A stretch of DNA of 64,000 nucleotides. Origin: Takakia lepidozioides. Taxonomy: Eukaryota > Plantae > Bryophyta. A program made the position numbers and the translations under genes. Below, one piece after another: positions 13,001-25,964 of the stretch (its first letter is position 1; each line of letters starts with the position of its first letter). The DNA lies in the NCBI GenBank assembly GCA_030704615.1, contig CM060734.1:44702001-44766000 (forward strand). Reading direction: 5' to 3'. The notes under the pieces are model-generated. The model did not search any database. It was not told the DNA's origin and was given only the letters and a program-made list of their open reading frames with translations.

Positions 13001-16000
13001 TAGATTCTACCCTGTTACAATCTTCCCCTCTTTCAAGAAGCAACGTCCTCGTTGTTCGAATTTTCAGAAGCTGGAATTGTCAATTGAGCATGTGCGAGAT
13101 TTTGCACCGGTTCCCAGGTAGCTTCATATAATGGAAATCATTTCCATAAAACCAAATACTCCAACACCTCATATCGCCCTCGTTTGTATGTGCATTTTTT
13201 CAGAACACGGTCGACCTCCCACTCTTCATTTCCGTCTATCAACTCTGGTAAAGTTTGTGGTTCTTGATTATCTTTGAATATTGATGGTCGAGGTTCGTGA
13301 CGACGTAGTAGAGAAACGTGAAACACCAGGTGGATCTTCATATGTGGTGGTAACTGCAGCTTGTATGCTACTGCTCCAATACGTTTAATGATCGAAAAAG
13401 GACCAATGAACCGTGCCCCTAGTTTTTGCGATCCAATGATGTATAAATTGGTTATAGACAACCACACTTGATCCCCAATTTCAAACTCCTCATCCCGTCG
13501 ACGTGCATTTGCATACTGCTTTTGGCGATTTTGGGCAACCATCAGCTTCTCTTTAGCTTGACGTACTCCCCGTCGAATTTGTTGCATAAATGCGTTAGTC
13601 GCGGCTACCTTGGATAACTCCTCATTTGGTAACTTGAACTTTGTAAGAGTTGTTGGTAGTTCAGGTGCAGTAACGGATTTTCTAGTGGGACGGATGTGTA
13701 TCATCTTACTCAATTTGACTACAAAGACCATTATAGTGTCGTATTCCGATGAGGTTTTAAGGTAACTCACAAACTAAATCCATGCTCATATGTTCCCAAC
13801 GTCTGTTTGGTACTGGTAGTGGTTGTAAAAGACCTGTTGGCTTGCGGTTCGTTGACTTGTTTTGTTGACATTTCATGCAACTTCGAACGTACGCCTCCAC
13901 CCCGTCTCGCATCCGCGGCCAATAAAATGTTCATTTTGGTTGTTCGAATGTTTTTCAACTCCAACATGTCCTACTATCGCCGTATCATGAGCTTCAAACA
14001 AGACTTATGTCTTCAATGCAGGTTCATCAGGGATCCAAAGTTTACCTTCCTTGAATACCAACACTCGAACTTCTGTCATTTTGTCTGTCTTCTTAACGTC
14101 CACGATCTCCCCATCATCTTTAGAAGCCGTCGCTATCTTGTTCCACCAATCCGGTTGAATGTTGATTTTTGTCAATGTGTTCATACGCGGCATCCTTATC
14201 ATTGCATCCGCCAATTGTCGTTTTCCCTCCACATAGACGATCTTCATGTTAAATTGTTGTCGCCACTACGCCCAACGAATCTGTATCTTCGATAAATCTT
14301 TCTGTGTCTCCAAGTACACCAACGATTTATGGTCTATCTCCACTATGAACTCTATGTCTCCAAGATAGTGCTTCCAATGTTTTGTAGCCAAAACAATAGC
14401 CAATTCTTCTCGTTCGGTTGTATGGTAATTTTGTTCCGCAGGTAACAATTTGCGAGAAAAATATGCCACTGGGTGCCATCCGTCTTCCCATTCTTGTTGT
14501 AACACCCCACCCACTGCTGAGCCTGACGCATCTACCGAGAGCTTGATTAGTCTTGTTGGATCATACCATTTTAAGATCGGGGCATGAAGCAACGCATCCT
14601 TCAAGGCTTGAAATGCTAACTCCTCTTCTGTACCCCACTTCCATCTAATTCCTTTGCCCAAAAGATTTGTCAATGGTTGGGCAATCTTTGAGAATGCCCG
14701 TACAAATCGTCTGTAGAATCCAGTAAGGCCAAGAAAACTCCTTAATTGGGTAATGTCTTCAGGGGCTATCCACTGCTGAATAGCTTCTATTTTTTCACTC
14801 ATTACCTCAATTCCCTTCCTAGTCACGCAATGCCCAAGATAATCTACTTCTTGTTTTCCAAACTCACATTTAGATGCTTTGGCATATAGCTGATTCTCAC
14901 GGAGAACTTGTAATACTTGTTTGAGGTGGTTTCTATGCTCGACAAGGCTGTTACTATAGATCAAAATATCATCTAAAAAGACTATCACAAATCTATTTTA
15001 AGAATGGGTGGAAGATATCATTCATGAGGCCCATGAATGTGGTTGGGGCATTGGTGAGACCAAATGACATGACCATGTATTCAAAATGTCCATACCTAGT
15101 GCGGAAAGCGGTCTTATATACATCTTCATCAGCGACTCGAATTTGGTTGTATCTACTCCTCAAATCAAGCTTCGTAAAATATTTTTCTCCTCAAATAGAT
15201 CGTCCAGGCGTGGTAACAGATACTTTGTCGCGACCCTTTGCCTTGATGACAGGGGGTCGAGACACAAGAGGGGCTGCCCCTGTGGTGGGGGCAGTGGCAA
15301 CAATAGATGTGGGGGCTGAAGCACCCTTGAGTGCCCAAGGCACTCAAGGAGGCGGAGGCGCTCACTAGGTGGAGCCCTGCACACCGGGTTGCGGTGGGGG
15401 TGGTTCCACGAGGGGTGGTGGTAGCTTAATGGGACTTAGTGGGGGTGACATAGGACTCACCATGGGGCGGAAACCTTGTGGTGGAAGTTGTGGGGAGTCT
15501 TGGGACTCATCACGGCCCAATGGGGTCGTGGTGGGTGGGCCAAGACTCACCGCGACTCATCACCGGGAGTCGAGGATTTTTCGAGGTGGTTCACCATAAA
15601 AGGATGGTGTTGTTGGTGAAACCCCCGCGGACACTCACAGACATATATATAGAGAGTAGTAACCCCGCGAACGGTGCAAGCCCGTTGGTGACCAAAAACT
15701 AGTGAGTAAGCGTGCGAACCGGAAAGCAACCAAGGTATGGGGAGCTGTTCCGGACTGCCATCGACCAAAAGGAATTTCCACTTGGCCCAAATTGAGAGAG
15801 GGTCTCGGGGAGAAGTAAAAGGGGACCATTATGTCCCGGTGAGCAGCCGAAGCTCCGAGTTGGCCCGGCGGCCAGTTTGGGAGTCAAGCGCACTCATCAA
15901 AGCGAATAACTATGACTTGAAGGGGAGCTTACTGAAGTGAGGTGCACGACGTATTTGTTCTTCACTGTCTATTGGTTGAGTGCTCGATAATCAATGCACA

Positions 16001-18339
16001 TGTGCATTGCTCCATCTTTTTTCTTCACAAACAATACTGGCGCTCCATACGGGGATACACTTGGTCTTATAAAGCCTTTTGATAGTAGGTCCTCGACTTG
16101 AGCCTTACATTCTTCCAACTTGTTTGGTGCTAATCGATAAGGGACTTTACAAGAAAGAGTACTACTTGGAACAACCTCAATCTTATGATCTACTCTTCTC
16201 TTTGGCGGAAGCCGTGCTGGTAGGTCATCTAGAAAAACATCTTTGAACTCTTTCAATACACTCTGTAATTCTATATAGACCTCACTCATGTTTTTTTTTG
16301 GATTTTCCACGTCTCTTATTAAACCTACAAATAATACGTCTTTCTTACATATATCTGTAGTACCTATAACAAATGATGGTAGGTTTCGATATGGTGTCTT
16401 CACTCGATCTCCCCATATTTTTCAATTCTGGGTTTTGACTATCTTTCGACGCCAATCAACATCAGGGTGGTGAGATTCCATCCAAGGCAAGCCTAATATT
16501 ACGTCATATCGAGCCAGTCTGACCATTCGTCATTATAAAGTTTCTCTATATTTACCGATCGACAACTCTATGTTTTTAGGTAGTGTCTCAATGGCCTCTG
16601 TATGTCCATTTGACATTTCTACTTCATCTCTTTTATCATTTTCTAAGGGGAGTCCTAGTTTCAAGGCAGCCTTTCTAGATAAGAAATTTTCTGTTGCCCC
16701 AGGGTCTATCAATATTCTCACATGAATACCTTCCAAGGTTCCATCTGCCACAATTAACTACGTCTCTTTCTTGCCCGCATGATTGATTTGTCTCTTTTCC
16801 TTGTAGGGCCCCTCGCCTTTCCTCTTTTTTGTAGAACCAGTAAGACCGCGAGGTCTACTTACTGATTGTCCTCGTTTTCCTGTTCATTGTGATGTTCGTT
16901 ATCTTCTCCTCTCCTTAAACTGTTAAGAGGTCTTCGATAAGTTTGTCGATTGTACCTTCCACTTCGGCAGTTGACCACAACATGTCCGTATTTTCCACAG
17001 TTGTAATATTGTCTAGTTTCCTTTTGTCCTTCTGTTCGTGAGAATGTTGAGGAGGTCACATCTTTGTCATTCAATTTCATTCGTCGTTGTGTGTTATCTT
17101 CCCCATATCTAATTCCCGACCTATTTCTTTGAGAATATTGGAAGTTATCCTGTCTTCGAAGATTTTCAAGCTCCATAGGCGTTGGTCCGTAGTGGTTTGA
17201 TGGAACGTGTATACCTTCGTTGTATCTTGATAGCGTCCCTTCAATCTTTTGGGCCAATGAAATTGTTTCGTGGACATCAACCGGGTTGCGTAAAATTACC
17301 TCTTCTTAAATTTTCTTCTTCAATCCTCTTTTGAAGTTGTCTAAAGCTTCTGCATGACTCATAGCTTCGATTTGGACCTGAAGATTCAAAAAATCTTCAA
17401 TGCAATTTTGCACACTCCCGCGTTGTTTCAAATTTCATAATTTCATTCGAGCAATTGTAACAGCATCTACTGCCTTGAATTGTTGGAGGAGTCTCGCTTT
17501 CAAGGTGCTCCATAGTAAAGGTTCTCTTTTTGCAATCTGTCTTCTCTCCCATGTCTGTAACCATGTTGAAGCATTGTTGAGTAGAAAAGATCGTATGAAC
17601 ATTCCGTGGTCCAATCGCTTGATGTATGGAAATATGACAGATGTACTTCCATTCGATAAATCCATCATTCTAGCACTCCCATGGCGCGACTTCATTTATA
17701 CGGCTCGACCTTGCACGTCTTGGTCATCTTTTACAGTAACGTATCCGACCCACCAGCAACCAGTCCCGGGGCGGTTGATTGTCTTACTTGTTTAAGCTCC
17801 TTCATCAATACATTGTTTTGTTGTTGGGTCGTGACAAGAGCATTCTGCAATTCGTGTAAGTGCTCAATTATCCACATTGTCTGATCATTGGCTTGATGAG
17901 TAGTATGTACGTTGTCCACCATTTCTTCATTGTCCGCCATCTTGTTCCACTATTCATTCCTTCGTGGTGTTTGTCTTCTAAAATTAATGTATATTATCTC
18001 TATTATCTTATCCTAATACAGTATGTAAATAGTGCAATCCCAAACCATTCCATACGTGACTATTAGTAATACAAAAGAGACGTTTGAACTTATGACAATG
18101 TTCATGAATTCTACTCCAAATTCTGCAAGTAAAAATCTTACAAGATGATGTTTCCACAATATGACTTTATCAAACATCTGACCCACTTTCCATAATACAA
18201 ATATCTTATAGGTTTGACTTAAGAGCCTTAAGTCAAACTTCCTTAAGTCAAACTTCCTAGGAACCTTCCTAGTTATTTTAGAAACTTCTAGGGAACTTTC
18301 ATCCTTCATCTAGAACCTTCTAGATTCTACCATGTTACA
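13001..18339 (-). mobile_element. Ty3/gypsy chromovirus (family D): partial 5' LTR, gag, PR, RT, RNase H, deleted IN, chromodomain, PPT, first 19 bp of 3' LTR
   Basis: Motifs LIDPGAT (PR), CIDYRALN and FLDDILI (RT), VDASG...EREELA (RNase H), EEWEVDRVL (chromodomain). PPT AAAGAGGGGAAGA at 13033-13021. LTR start TGTAACA(T/G)GGTAGAATCTA at both 18339 and 13019. Confidence 0.92.
15226..15951 (+). mobile_element. Solo LTR of gypsy family C inserted in the family D RT
   Basis: TGTCGCG...GTGCACGACG, homologous to 47104-47819. TSD TACTT/TATTT. Splits the RT at TVKNK|YLLPRLDDL. Confidence 0.92.
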
Positions 18340-18923
18340 GAATGTCATCTTTACCCCAGGAGTTCTGTAAATCATTAAAGAGTTTTCTCCCGCGTCGCTC
18401 TGAAGACCTGGAAACAACTACAATCATAACGTCCCATGCCTTCCTCCCCTCAGTAAGCAGGTCCTGGTATATGCAAAAGAGAATAGACCTGCCCCTGGGG
18501 GCTTTCCCATCATATACAAATGAACATGTACTTTTGCACAAGTTCCATAATGAGGGTGTCCTTAGACTGGCCCAAACAGGGCAGGCTGAAGCAGTCCGAG
18601 CACGCAATATGTTCAAAAGCAACAGAGAATAAGGGGGGGGGGATGGGAAAGAAAGCCAACTGGCATAGAACCTTAATATCACTCTCCAGATTCCGATTGG
18701 AAGATGACACTCAACCAAGCAATGCTCAACAGATTCGGGCTGGGCATTGCATAAGGTGCAAATGATGTTGTGGAGGAGGGTCTTGGCGTGTACAGAGAGG
18801 ATCTGGTGGGCAACCTTCCACAAGAAGCCCGAGATTTTTGTCGGCCTTTCTTTCCTCCAAATTTCTTTCCAAATCAGGTCCCAGCTGGCTTGTGACAAAT
18901 ACAAGTGTCCCCACTTTTGCTCC
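18340..18923 (-). mobile_element. LINE ORF2 zf-RVT segment (inverted relative to neighbouring LINE pieces)
   Basis: IW...PTKISGFLWKVAH...CTLCNAQPESVEHCLVEC. Confidence 0.9.
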
Positions 18924-19278
18924 TAGAAGGTTTTAGATGGAGGAGGAAAGTTCCCTAGAAGTTTCCAAAATAACTAGGAAGGTTCCTAGGAAGTTTGACT
19001 TAAGGAAGTTTAACTTGAGGCTCTCAAGTCAAATCTACAAGATATTTATATTATGGAGAGTGTATCAAATGTTTGTTAAAGTCATATTGTGGAGAATATG
19101 TCAAACCTAGGAAGGTTGACGTTAGGAAGTTTTGACTTGAGGCTCTCAAGTCAAACCTTTAAAATAATCATATTGTGAAGGATATATAAACATGCAATGA
19201 AAGCCTAGAAGAGGGAGTTGTTTTGGGAAAAGTTGAGAAATACTTCTATTCTAGTTTGTGTAGATTATGGGTGTTATA
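18924..19278 (+). repeat. Remainder of the family D 3' LTR
   Basis: Reverse complement of 18143-18323. Ends GTTATA (decayed ...TACA), followed by CATTC, matching the CATTC before the 5' LTR. Confidence 0.85.
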
Positions 19279-19970
19279 CATTCTCGGAACCGGTCTTCCC
19301 AACGGGGGATTTTGCTGGCAAGTCTCCACTCCTGCCTCTTGGGATGTCCCTTGGTGAAGGTGATGATGGAAATGTGATGGAGACCTTAATTGGCGACACA
19401 AGAAGGCTCGGGTTACCAAGTTTAAAACCCAACTTCGTTTTTAGATAACTAGCTTTGGCTGTCTTCAGGCTCCTTGTGTCTACAGGTGGCTGTCCATGAC
19501 AATCTTTCTTGCCTGGTTCCAGACTTTTCTGGTTCTATACATTTACCATCGGCTCAGCCATGCATTTGTTACCGCCCTGCTGGGCTCTGGTCTTGTCTTA
19601 TATCTGACAGACATCATAGTTACGTCCCTTCATCTTTTGCTACCTGTATCTCCTCTGTTTAGACTTACACATACTGCTGCTTAGTAGCATTATGCAGTAC
19701 CTTTTTGACTCAGTTCGTTCTGCCCTGCAATTTTGCTTAGAACTTCTCCCCATTTTATCCCACTCTGCAAAGAGTATTCCCCCTTTGGTCTATCGTTTTT
19801 TCTCTTTAGATAGCTCGTACGCTATGGTCACGGGGAGATTCCCCCCCAGTTAGCCTCACGGCCTCCCTGGTGGTTATTTTTTCCACCTGTTTGTGAACTG
19901 TTATTTAATTAATTTGATTAAAAGTGCCCCTGTCCCCTTTCCGCGAAATTTTTAAAAAATAAAATAAAAA
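19279..19970 (+). mobile_element. LINE ORF2 C-terminus, 3'UTR and A-rich tail
   Basis: Frame continues DDIL|GTGLPNGGFCW across the TSD; AAAAAATAAAATAAAAA at about 19954-19970. Confidence 0.7.
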
Positions 19971-20022
19971 TCAGGGTCGACTGTAATACATGCCTAATGT
20001 TTGGAAATTATTTAGGTGAGGT

Positions 20023-22120
20023 TGTGGAGCTAGGATTCCTTCTCATCTTCCTTTTCGACTTGATGAACGGAGGAGGGATGCGCCCCGGATGATTTAGGCA
20101 TTTCCCTCCACCAGGTAAGAAGTTTGGACCTCCCCTACCTGTGGCAAAGAATATCATATTGCTACGTTCTCCAGTTGACTTCATTATCCCAACTTTTTCT
20201 CAATGCATAGTACCCACAGGCTTAGCTTTTGCTTGCCCTACAGGTCATTTCCTTGAGGTTGAAGGCTGGAAAAAACTTACCCTCCAAAAGCATTATCTGA
20301 TTGCTTCTGGGATTTTAGACAGGGGATTTAAAGGAGAGGTCAGATTACTGGTTGCTAATCCAGAACATATCAGCATTAGTGTCCGCAAGGGTCTGGTCCT
20401 TGCTAGGCTCACTGCTTCTCCTTTATCTGAGTTGGCCTCTGTTCAGAAAGGCCTCAGTCTTCATGATATTGGACTGGTGGACTCCCCTGTTGACCAACTC
20501 CAGACGTTTGCCTCTTACTCCGGCTCCACTGGCAATGGCACGCTTACTCCCGAACACGAGCAACATTTCCAGCAGGTCTTAAAAGATATCAAAGTGGGTG
20601 ATCACCTTACTCCCCAGCAGATTAGTCGCCTGTATGACAATCTCGACATCTTTAGTAAAGGCCCCATGACTTAGGCCGCACCACCCTTCTGGATCATGAC
20701 ATCATCACGGATGGTAAGCCTATCAAACAACATGCTTATAGGGAGAGTGTTCGTGAGCGCAAAGTCATTCATGAAGAGATTACCAAGACGCTTGATGCTG
20801 GTGTGATCACCCCCTCCATATCCCCTTGGGCCAGTCCCATTGTCTTAGTGGGTAAGAAGGATGGCTCAACCCGTTTTTGCGTAGACTTTCGGCGTTTAAA
20901 TGCCATCACAAAGAAAGTTATCTACCCTTTGCCACGCATTAATGAAACGCTAGATCAACTTAATGGGGCCACTATCTTCTCTTCATTGGATTTATCCTCT
21001 GGCTTTTGGCAAGTTCCTTTAACTGCTGCTGCTAAGGAGAAAACTGCCTTCATTTGCAAGATGGGCCTCTTCCAATTTGAAACAATGCCTTTTGGACTAT
21101 GCAACGCCACTGCTACATTTCAGCGCCTTATGGACATTGTTTTAGGAAACCTTCGTTGGGAGTGTGCTTTAGTTTACATTGATGACATCAACATTTATTC
21201 TACAATGTTTGATGCTCATGTACTGGATTTACAGCGGGTTGTGTGCAGACTTCGTGCAGCCAGGCTTAAAGTTAAAGCCAAGAAGTATGATTTTTTGTAT
21301 GGAACAGCTCCATTTCTTGGGTCATCTGTTTTCTGCTGTTGGCATCAGTCCTAACCCAACTAAGATCCAGGCTGTGTGGAACTATCCAACCCCTAGAGAT
21401 AAAACATGTGTTAAGGCTTTCTTGGGCTTGGGTTCTTACTATCGTCGCTTCATTTTTCAATTTGCCAAACTAGCTGCTCCACTCACTCGCTTGTTATCCA
21501 AGGATGCTCGTTTTATGTGGGGTACTGCTAAAACATCCGCATTTGAGAAGCTCAAAATTGCACTAACCTCTATTCATGTGCTTGTTTATCCTGATTTTAC
21601 TTTGCCATTTATCTTGCAAACTGAAACCAGTGATTTAGCTATCTCTACAGTGTTGAGCCAGATTTAGGATGGTCAGGAGCATGCCATTGCCTACACCTCC
21701 CGCCGCCTTGATAAACATGAGCGTAATTACTCTATCACTAACAAGGAAGGTCTTGCAGTTATCTTTGGAGTCAAATATTTTAGGCAGTATTTATATGGTT
21801 GTCATTTTACCATTGAGACTGATCATTTACATTTGAAAGCCTTGCTAACTCCTCGTGAACTCACCGACAGATTAGCTCGGTGGGCTTTAATACTGCAAGG
21901 CTATGACTTCACCATATTTTACAAGCGTGGGAAGGATAATGTTAATGCAGATGCTTTGACTCGAGGCGAACCCAAAATCCCTGAACCTTACACTACCTTC
22001 AATGACCTAGTCCCTCATACTGCATGCTCTACACCACCTGCTGTGCCTGTTTCGGATCCCTTTGCCTTGTGTTATTTGCTGGACTATCTTTATGTTCCTC
22101 CAGATCTGCTTGACACTTGA
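20023..22120 (+). mobile_element. Ty3/gypsy family B: LTR fragment, dUTPase-like domain, RT, RNase H (degenerate)
   Basis: LTR start 20023-20098; dUTPase-like 20153-20422; SPWASPIVLV..FCVDFRRLN..MPFGL..YIDD (RT); RLARWALILQGY (RNase H end). Confidence 0.9.
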
Positions 22121-22415
22121 GATCTACTTTAGTTTGATGTTGGTTGAATTTCCTTTGGTATTGGCATGAATTCTAGTCTGACATCCTGCAGTATGGTCTG
22201 GTACTTTCCCTTACCTTATGATTGTTCATCTTGTCTTGCGTCTGCCTTGGTTTATATCCCGACCGAGGGACTGAGCTGCGCCCTACAGCCTGCTTGCCTC
22301 CTCATAGGCAGCCAACTGAAAATGAAGTCAGGGTCACGAAAAGAAGAGAACGGAGGCTGTCACTTTCTTCTTGCATGCACTAACCTGCTGTTGTGTGGCC
22401 ATGAGTGATGTAGGC

Positions 22416-25400
22416 ATGGATGATCCATTATACAATGCTCTTCCAGCTCCAAATGCAAGAACTTCGTACATCTACAGCCCAATTGCAAGCTGATCAGTCT
22501 CAAGATCTTGGCAACGCTCTCCACAATTTGCAACAACAAATTTCAGAGTTAAAGGAGTCGAACAATGGATCTTCAACCATACGAGTCCCTACTGTAATAG
22601 CTCCTACTGCAACGGTTCCTCTTCAACAGATTACGAGAGAACCAAAGATCAATATGCCCGAGAAATTTGATGGGACGAGATCAAGATTTCGCGGTTTTGT
22701 TCAACAAGTACGACTGTTCCTACGACTACATCCACAACGCTACCCCGATGAAGGTATTCAAATGAGATTCGTGGGCACCTTTCTATGAGGCACTGCCCTA
22801 TCTTGGTTTGCACCGCTATTAGAAAAAAATTCGCATTTACTGTATAATTTTGAAGCATTCATGTCCGAGTTCACTGCAACATTTGGAGAGAATGATAGAG
22901 AGAGAGTTGCAGAAACAAAGATGCGAAATCTTCGACAAGGAGCACGTCCTACTTCCGTTTATGCTGCCGAATTTCGTCAACTTGCGTGCGACCTCGACTG
23001 GAATGAGAAGAGCCTCATTAGTCAGTTTCGATGTGGATTAAAAGATGATGTAAAAGATTTGTTGTTGACAATGCCAAACGTGAGCACACTGAGTGAATTC
23101 ATCACCCAAGTCATTGCATGCGATAATCGTTTGTTCGAAAGACGTCAAGAGAAGCGATCTGGATGGTCGACGACGCATCATGCCACTGCTACTACGACAC
23201 CAAACACAACGATCCATCAGACATTCAGTAGTGATCATATGCAGATTGATGCTGTCCGATTCAAGCCATTGACGCCACAAGAAAAACAAAGACGGCGCTC
23301 GAATGGATTATGCATATATTGCAGAGAAGAAGATCACATAACATTAAACTGCCCCAACAAGAGAAGATTCAAAGCTCGGGGCACAACTCAAGTGTTCGAT
23401 ACAAGGAGGTTGGAAAACAAAGATGTCCAGTCACAGTACGGACCATGCGGCTGGACACCACAAATTCCTTACCGAAAAGATGTCTTTTTCTACTTCCAGA
23501 CCCTACACCTTGCTTCACAGTTCCAGTAAAAATCAGAGTGCAAAATCGAGATATCGCTGTAGAAGCACTTTTGGACTCAGGAGCTTCAGCTTGTTTTATG
23601 GACAAAAACTTTGCGAAACAACACAATTTAACGCTCGTAAAGAAGAAACTCTCGGCCCCCATTGAAGTCATCGATGGACGACCGTTAGCATCAGGAAATG
23701 TGGACCATGAAACTCGACCACTTGAAGTGAAGTTTAAAGATCAAGCATCACATATTGTTTTCAATGTCATCCAGTCTCCAATAAATCATGTGATCCTTGG
23801 ACTTCCCTGGTTCGTACTTCACAATCCCGACATCGACTAACGATCGCGAAATTTTTTTGCAAGACAAAAATGTAGAATATCAAAGGTATTCAACCCCTAT
23901 TCCTTGGAGCTAGAGCTTTCATGAGAGCTACCAAAAAAGAGGCGACATTTGCATTTTATGCGACTCCGATCAAGACCACAACAGACAAATGTACTTCAAC
24001 ATTATCCGCTCAATATCAAGATTTCAAATATGTCTTCGAGAAGAAAAATACTGACATGTTGCCAGAACATCGACCTTATGACTATGCAATTGAGTTACAA
24101 AAAGAGCCCAACCACCATTCGGCCCAATCTATAACTTATCCCAGACGGAGTTGGCTGCATTACGCGAATACATTGATGAAAATTTATCGAAGCACTTCAT
24201 CTGACATTCAAAATCACCCGCGGGGGCGCCTATCTTGTTTGTGAAAAAGAAGGACGAATCATTACGCATGTGTGTCGACTATCGCGGTCTCAACAAAGTC
24301 ACAATATTGAATCGTTATCCGTTGCCATTGATTTCTGGGCTTCTCGACCAGCTGGGACGAGCGAAGATTTTCACCAAAATTGACTTGAGAGGAGCCTATA
24401 ACCTTGTACGGATAAAAGAAGGAGACGAATGGAAAACAGCTTTTCGAACAAGGTATGGACATTTTGAATACAATGTTATGCTTTTCGGTCTTACCAATGC
24501 TCCAGCAATTTTCCAACATATGATGAATGACATCTTTCGAGAATTTTTAGATGACTTTGTAGTCATCTATTTGGACGACATTTTGATATTTTCATAGAAT
24601 GAAGAAGAACATGGCCGCCATGTACGCCTTATCCTTGATAAATTAAGAGAAAAATGACTATATGCCAAGTTGGAGAAATGTCTTTTCCATCAATCTGAGA
24701 TCGAATTTATGGGCTACATTATTTCCGACAAAAGCGTCTTTATGGATCAGAACAAAATACAAACCATCATCGAGTTGATTAAACCAACTTCGATCCAAGA
24801 TGTACAATGTTTTCTGGGTTTTGCAAATTTCTATAGAATCTTCATCAATGATTACTCCAAAATTGCTGCACCATTGACACGACTCATAAGGAAGGACAAA
24901 TTTGTATGGGACGAGAAGGCTGACCAGACATTTGAAAGGCTGAGCAGACATTTATAATGGCTCCAATATTGGTACATGCAGACCTATCTAAATCATTCTT
25001 TTTAGAAGCAGATGCATCGGACTTTGCACTTGGCGCGGTACTCTCTCAATACGGTACAGATGGTCGACTCCACCCTGTTGGTTTTTGTTCTCGCAAATTT
25101 TCGGAGATCAATTATGAAATCCATGACAAAGAACTTCTAGCGATTATCGATGCTTTTGAGGAGTGAGGACGTTTATTGGAGGGAGCTAAACATCAGGTCA
25201 CTGTCTATACCGATTACAAAAACCTCGAATATTTTATGAGTGCTCGTGTTTTGAATCGACGTCAAGCGAGATGGAGTATGTCACTAGCAAGGTTTGATTT
25301 TGTTATTATCTACCGTCTCGGACATCTTCAAGGAAAACCAGATACTCTTTCTTGACGATCGTATCTTGCGCCAAAAGAAGGGGATGCAGTTTTTGACCAA

Positions 25401-25964
25401 CAAAAATCCATCATCTTGAAACCAGCAAATCTCCAATTGAATATGCTATCCATGTCCACATATGACGATGCAGAGATCATAAAAAAGATTTAGGAAGCAC
25501 TGAAGAGCGACCATTTTGCTACGACACTACGAAGTCAACTAAATCAACCTCGAGACAACCCACATGTTACAAACGACTTCGAATTCAAAGATGGTTTACT
25601 TTACTTCAAGGGACTTCTCTATGTACCTCCAGGACCTACACGACTTCGAATTCTTCAAACATGTCATGATCTTCTGGCTGCAGGACATTTCGGCTTCAAC
25701 AAAACATTGGAGTTGATATCCAGGGACTATTGGTGGCCGCAGATGTGGAAATTCGTGAAAGAATTCATAAAATCTTGTGACACGTGTGCTAGAGCGAAAG
25801 GACCATGACATCGACCTTACGGCCTTTTGCAACCATTACCCATTCCCGAGGGTCCATGGTCGTCCGTGTCTATGGACTTTATTACGGACCTTCCAATTTC
25901 CAAGACCACCGATTCAACCCTTGTTATTGTAGATCGTTTTACGAAGATGACACATTTCATTCCA
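22416..25964 (+). mobile_element. 5' part of Tcn1-like chromovirus (family A, copy 1): gag, PR, RT, RNase H, IN N-terminus
   Basis: EPKINMPEKFDG (sushi/PEG10-like gag), CIYC...H...C knuckle, [28 protein letters not shown]; several stops. Confidence 0.92.
23412..23456 (+). promoter_or_regulatory. -1 ribosomal frameshift signal between gag and pol
   Basis: G GAA AAC slippery-like heptamer, 6-nt spacer, hairpin GTCCAGTC...GGCTGGAC. Protease is in the -1 frame relative to gag. Confidence 0.7.

Noticed and set aside
15160-15940. Gly/Pro-rich ORFs here and at 47244-47761
   Set aside because: Chance frames in the GC-rich family C LTR; no recognisable domains.
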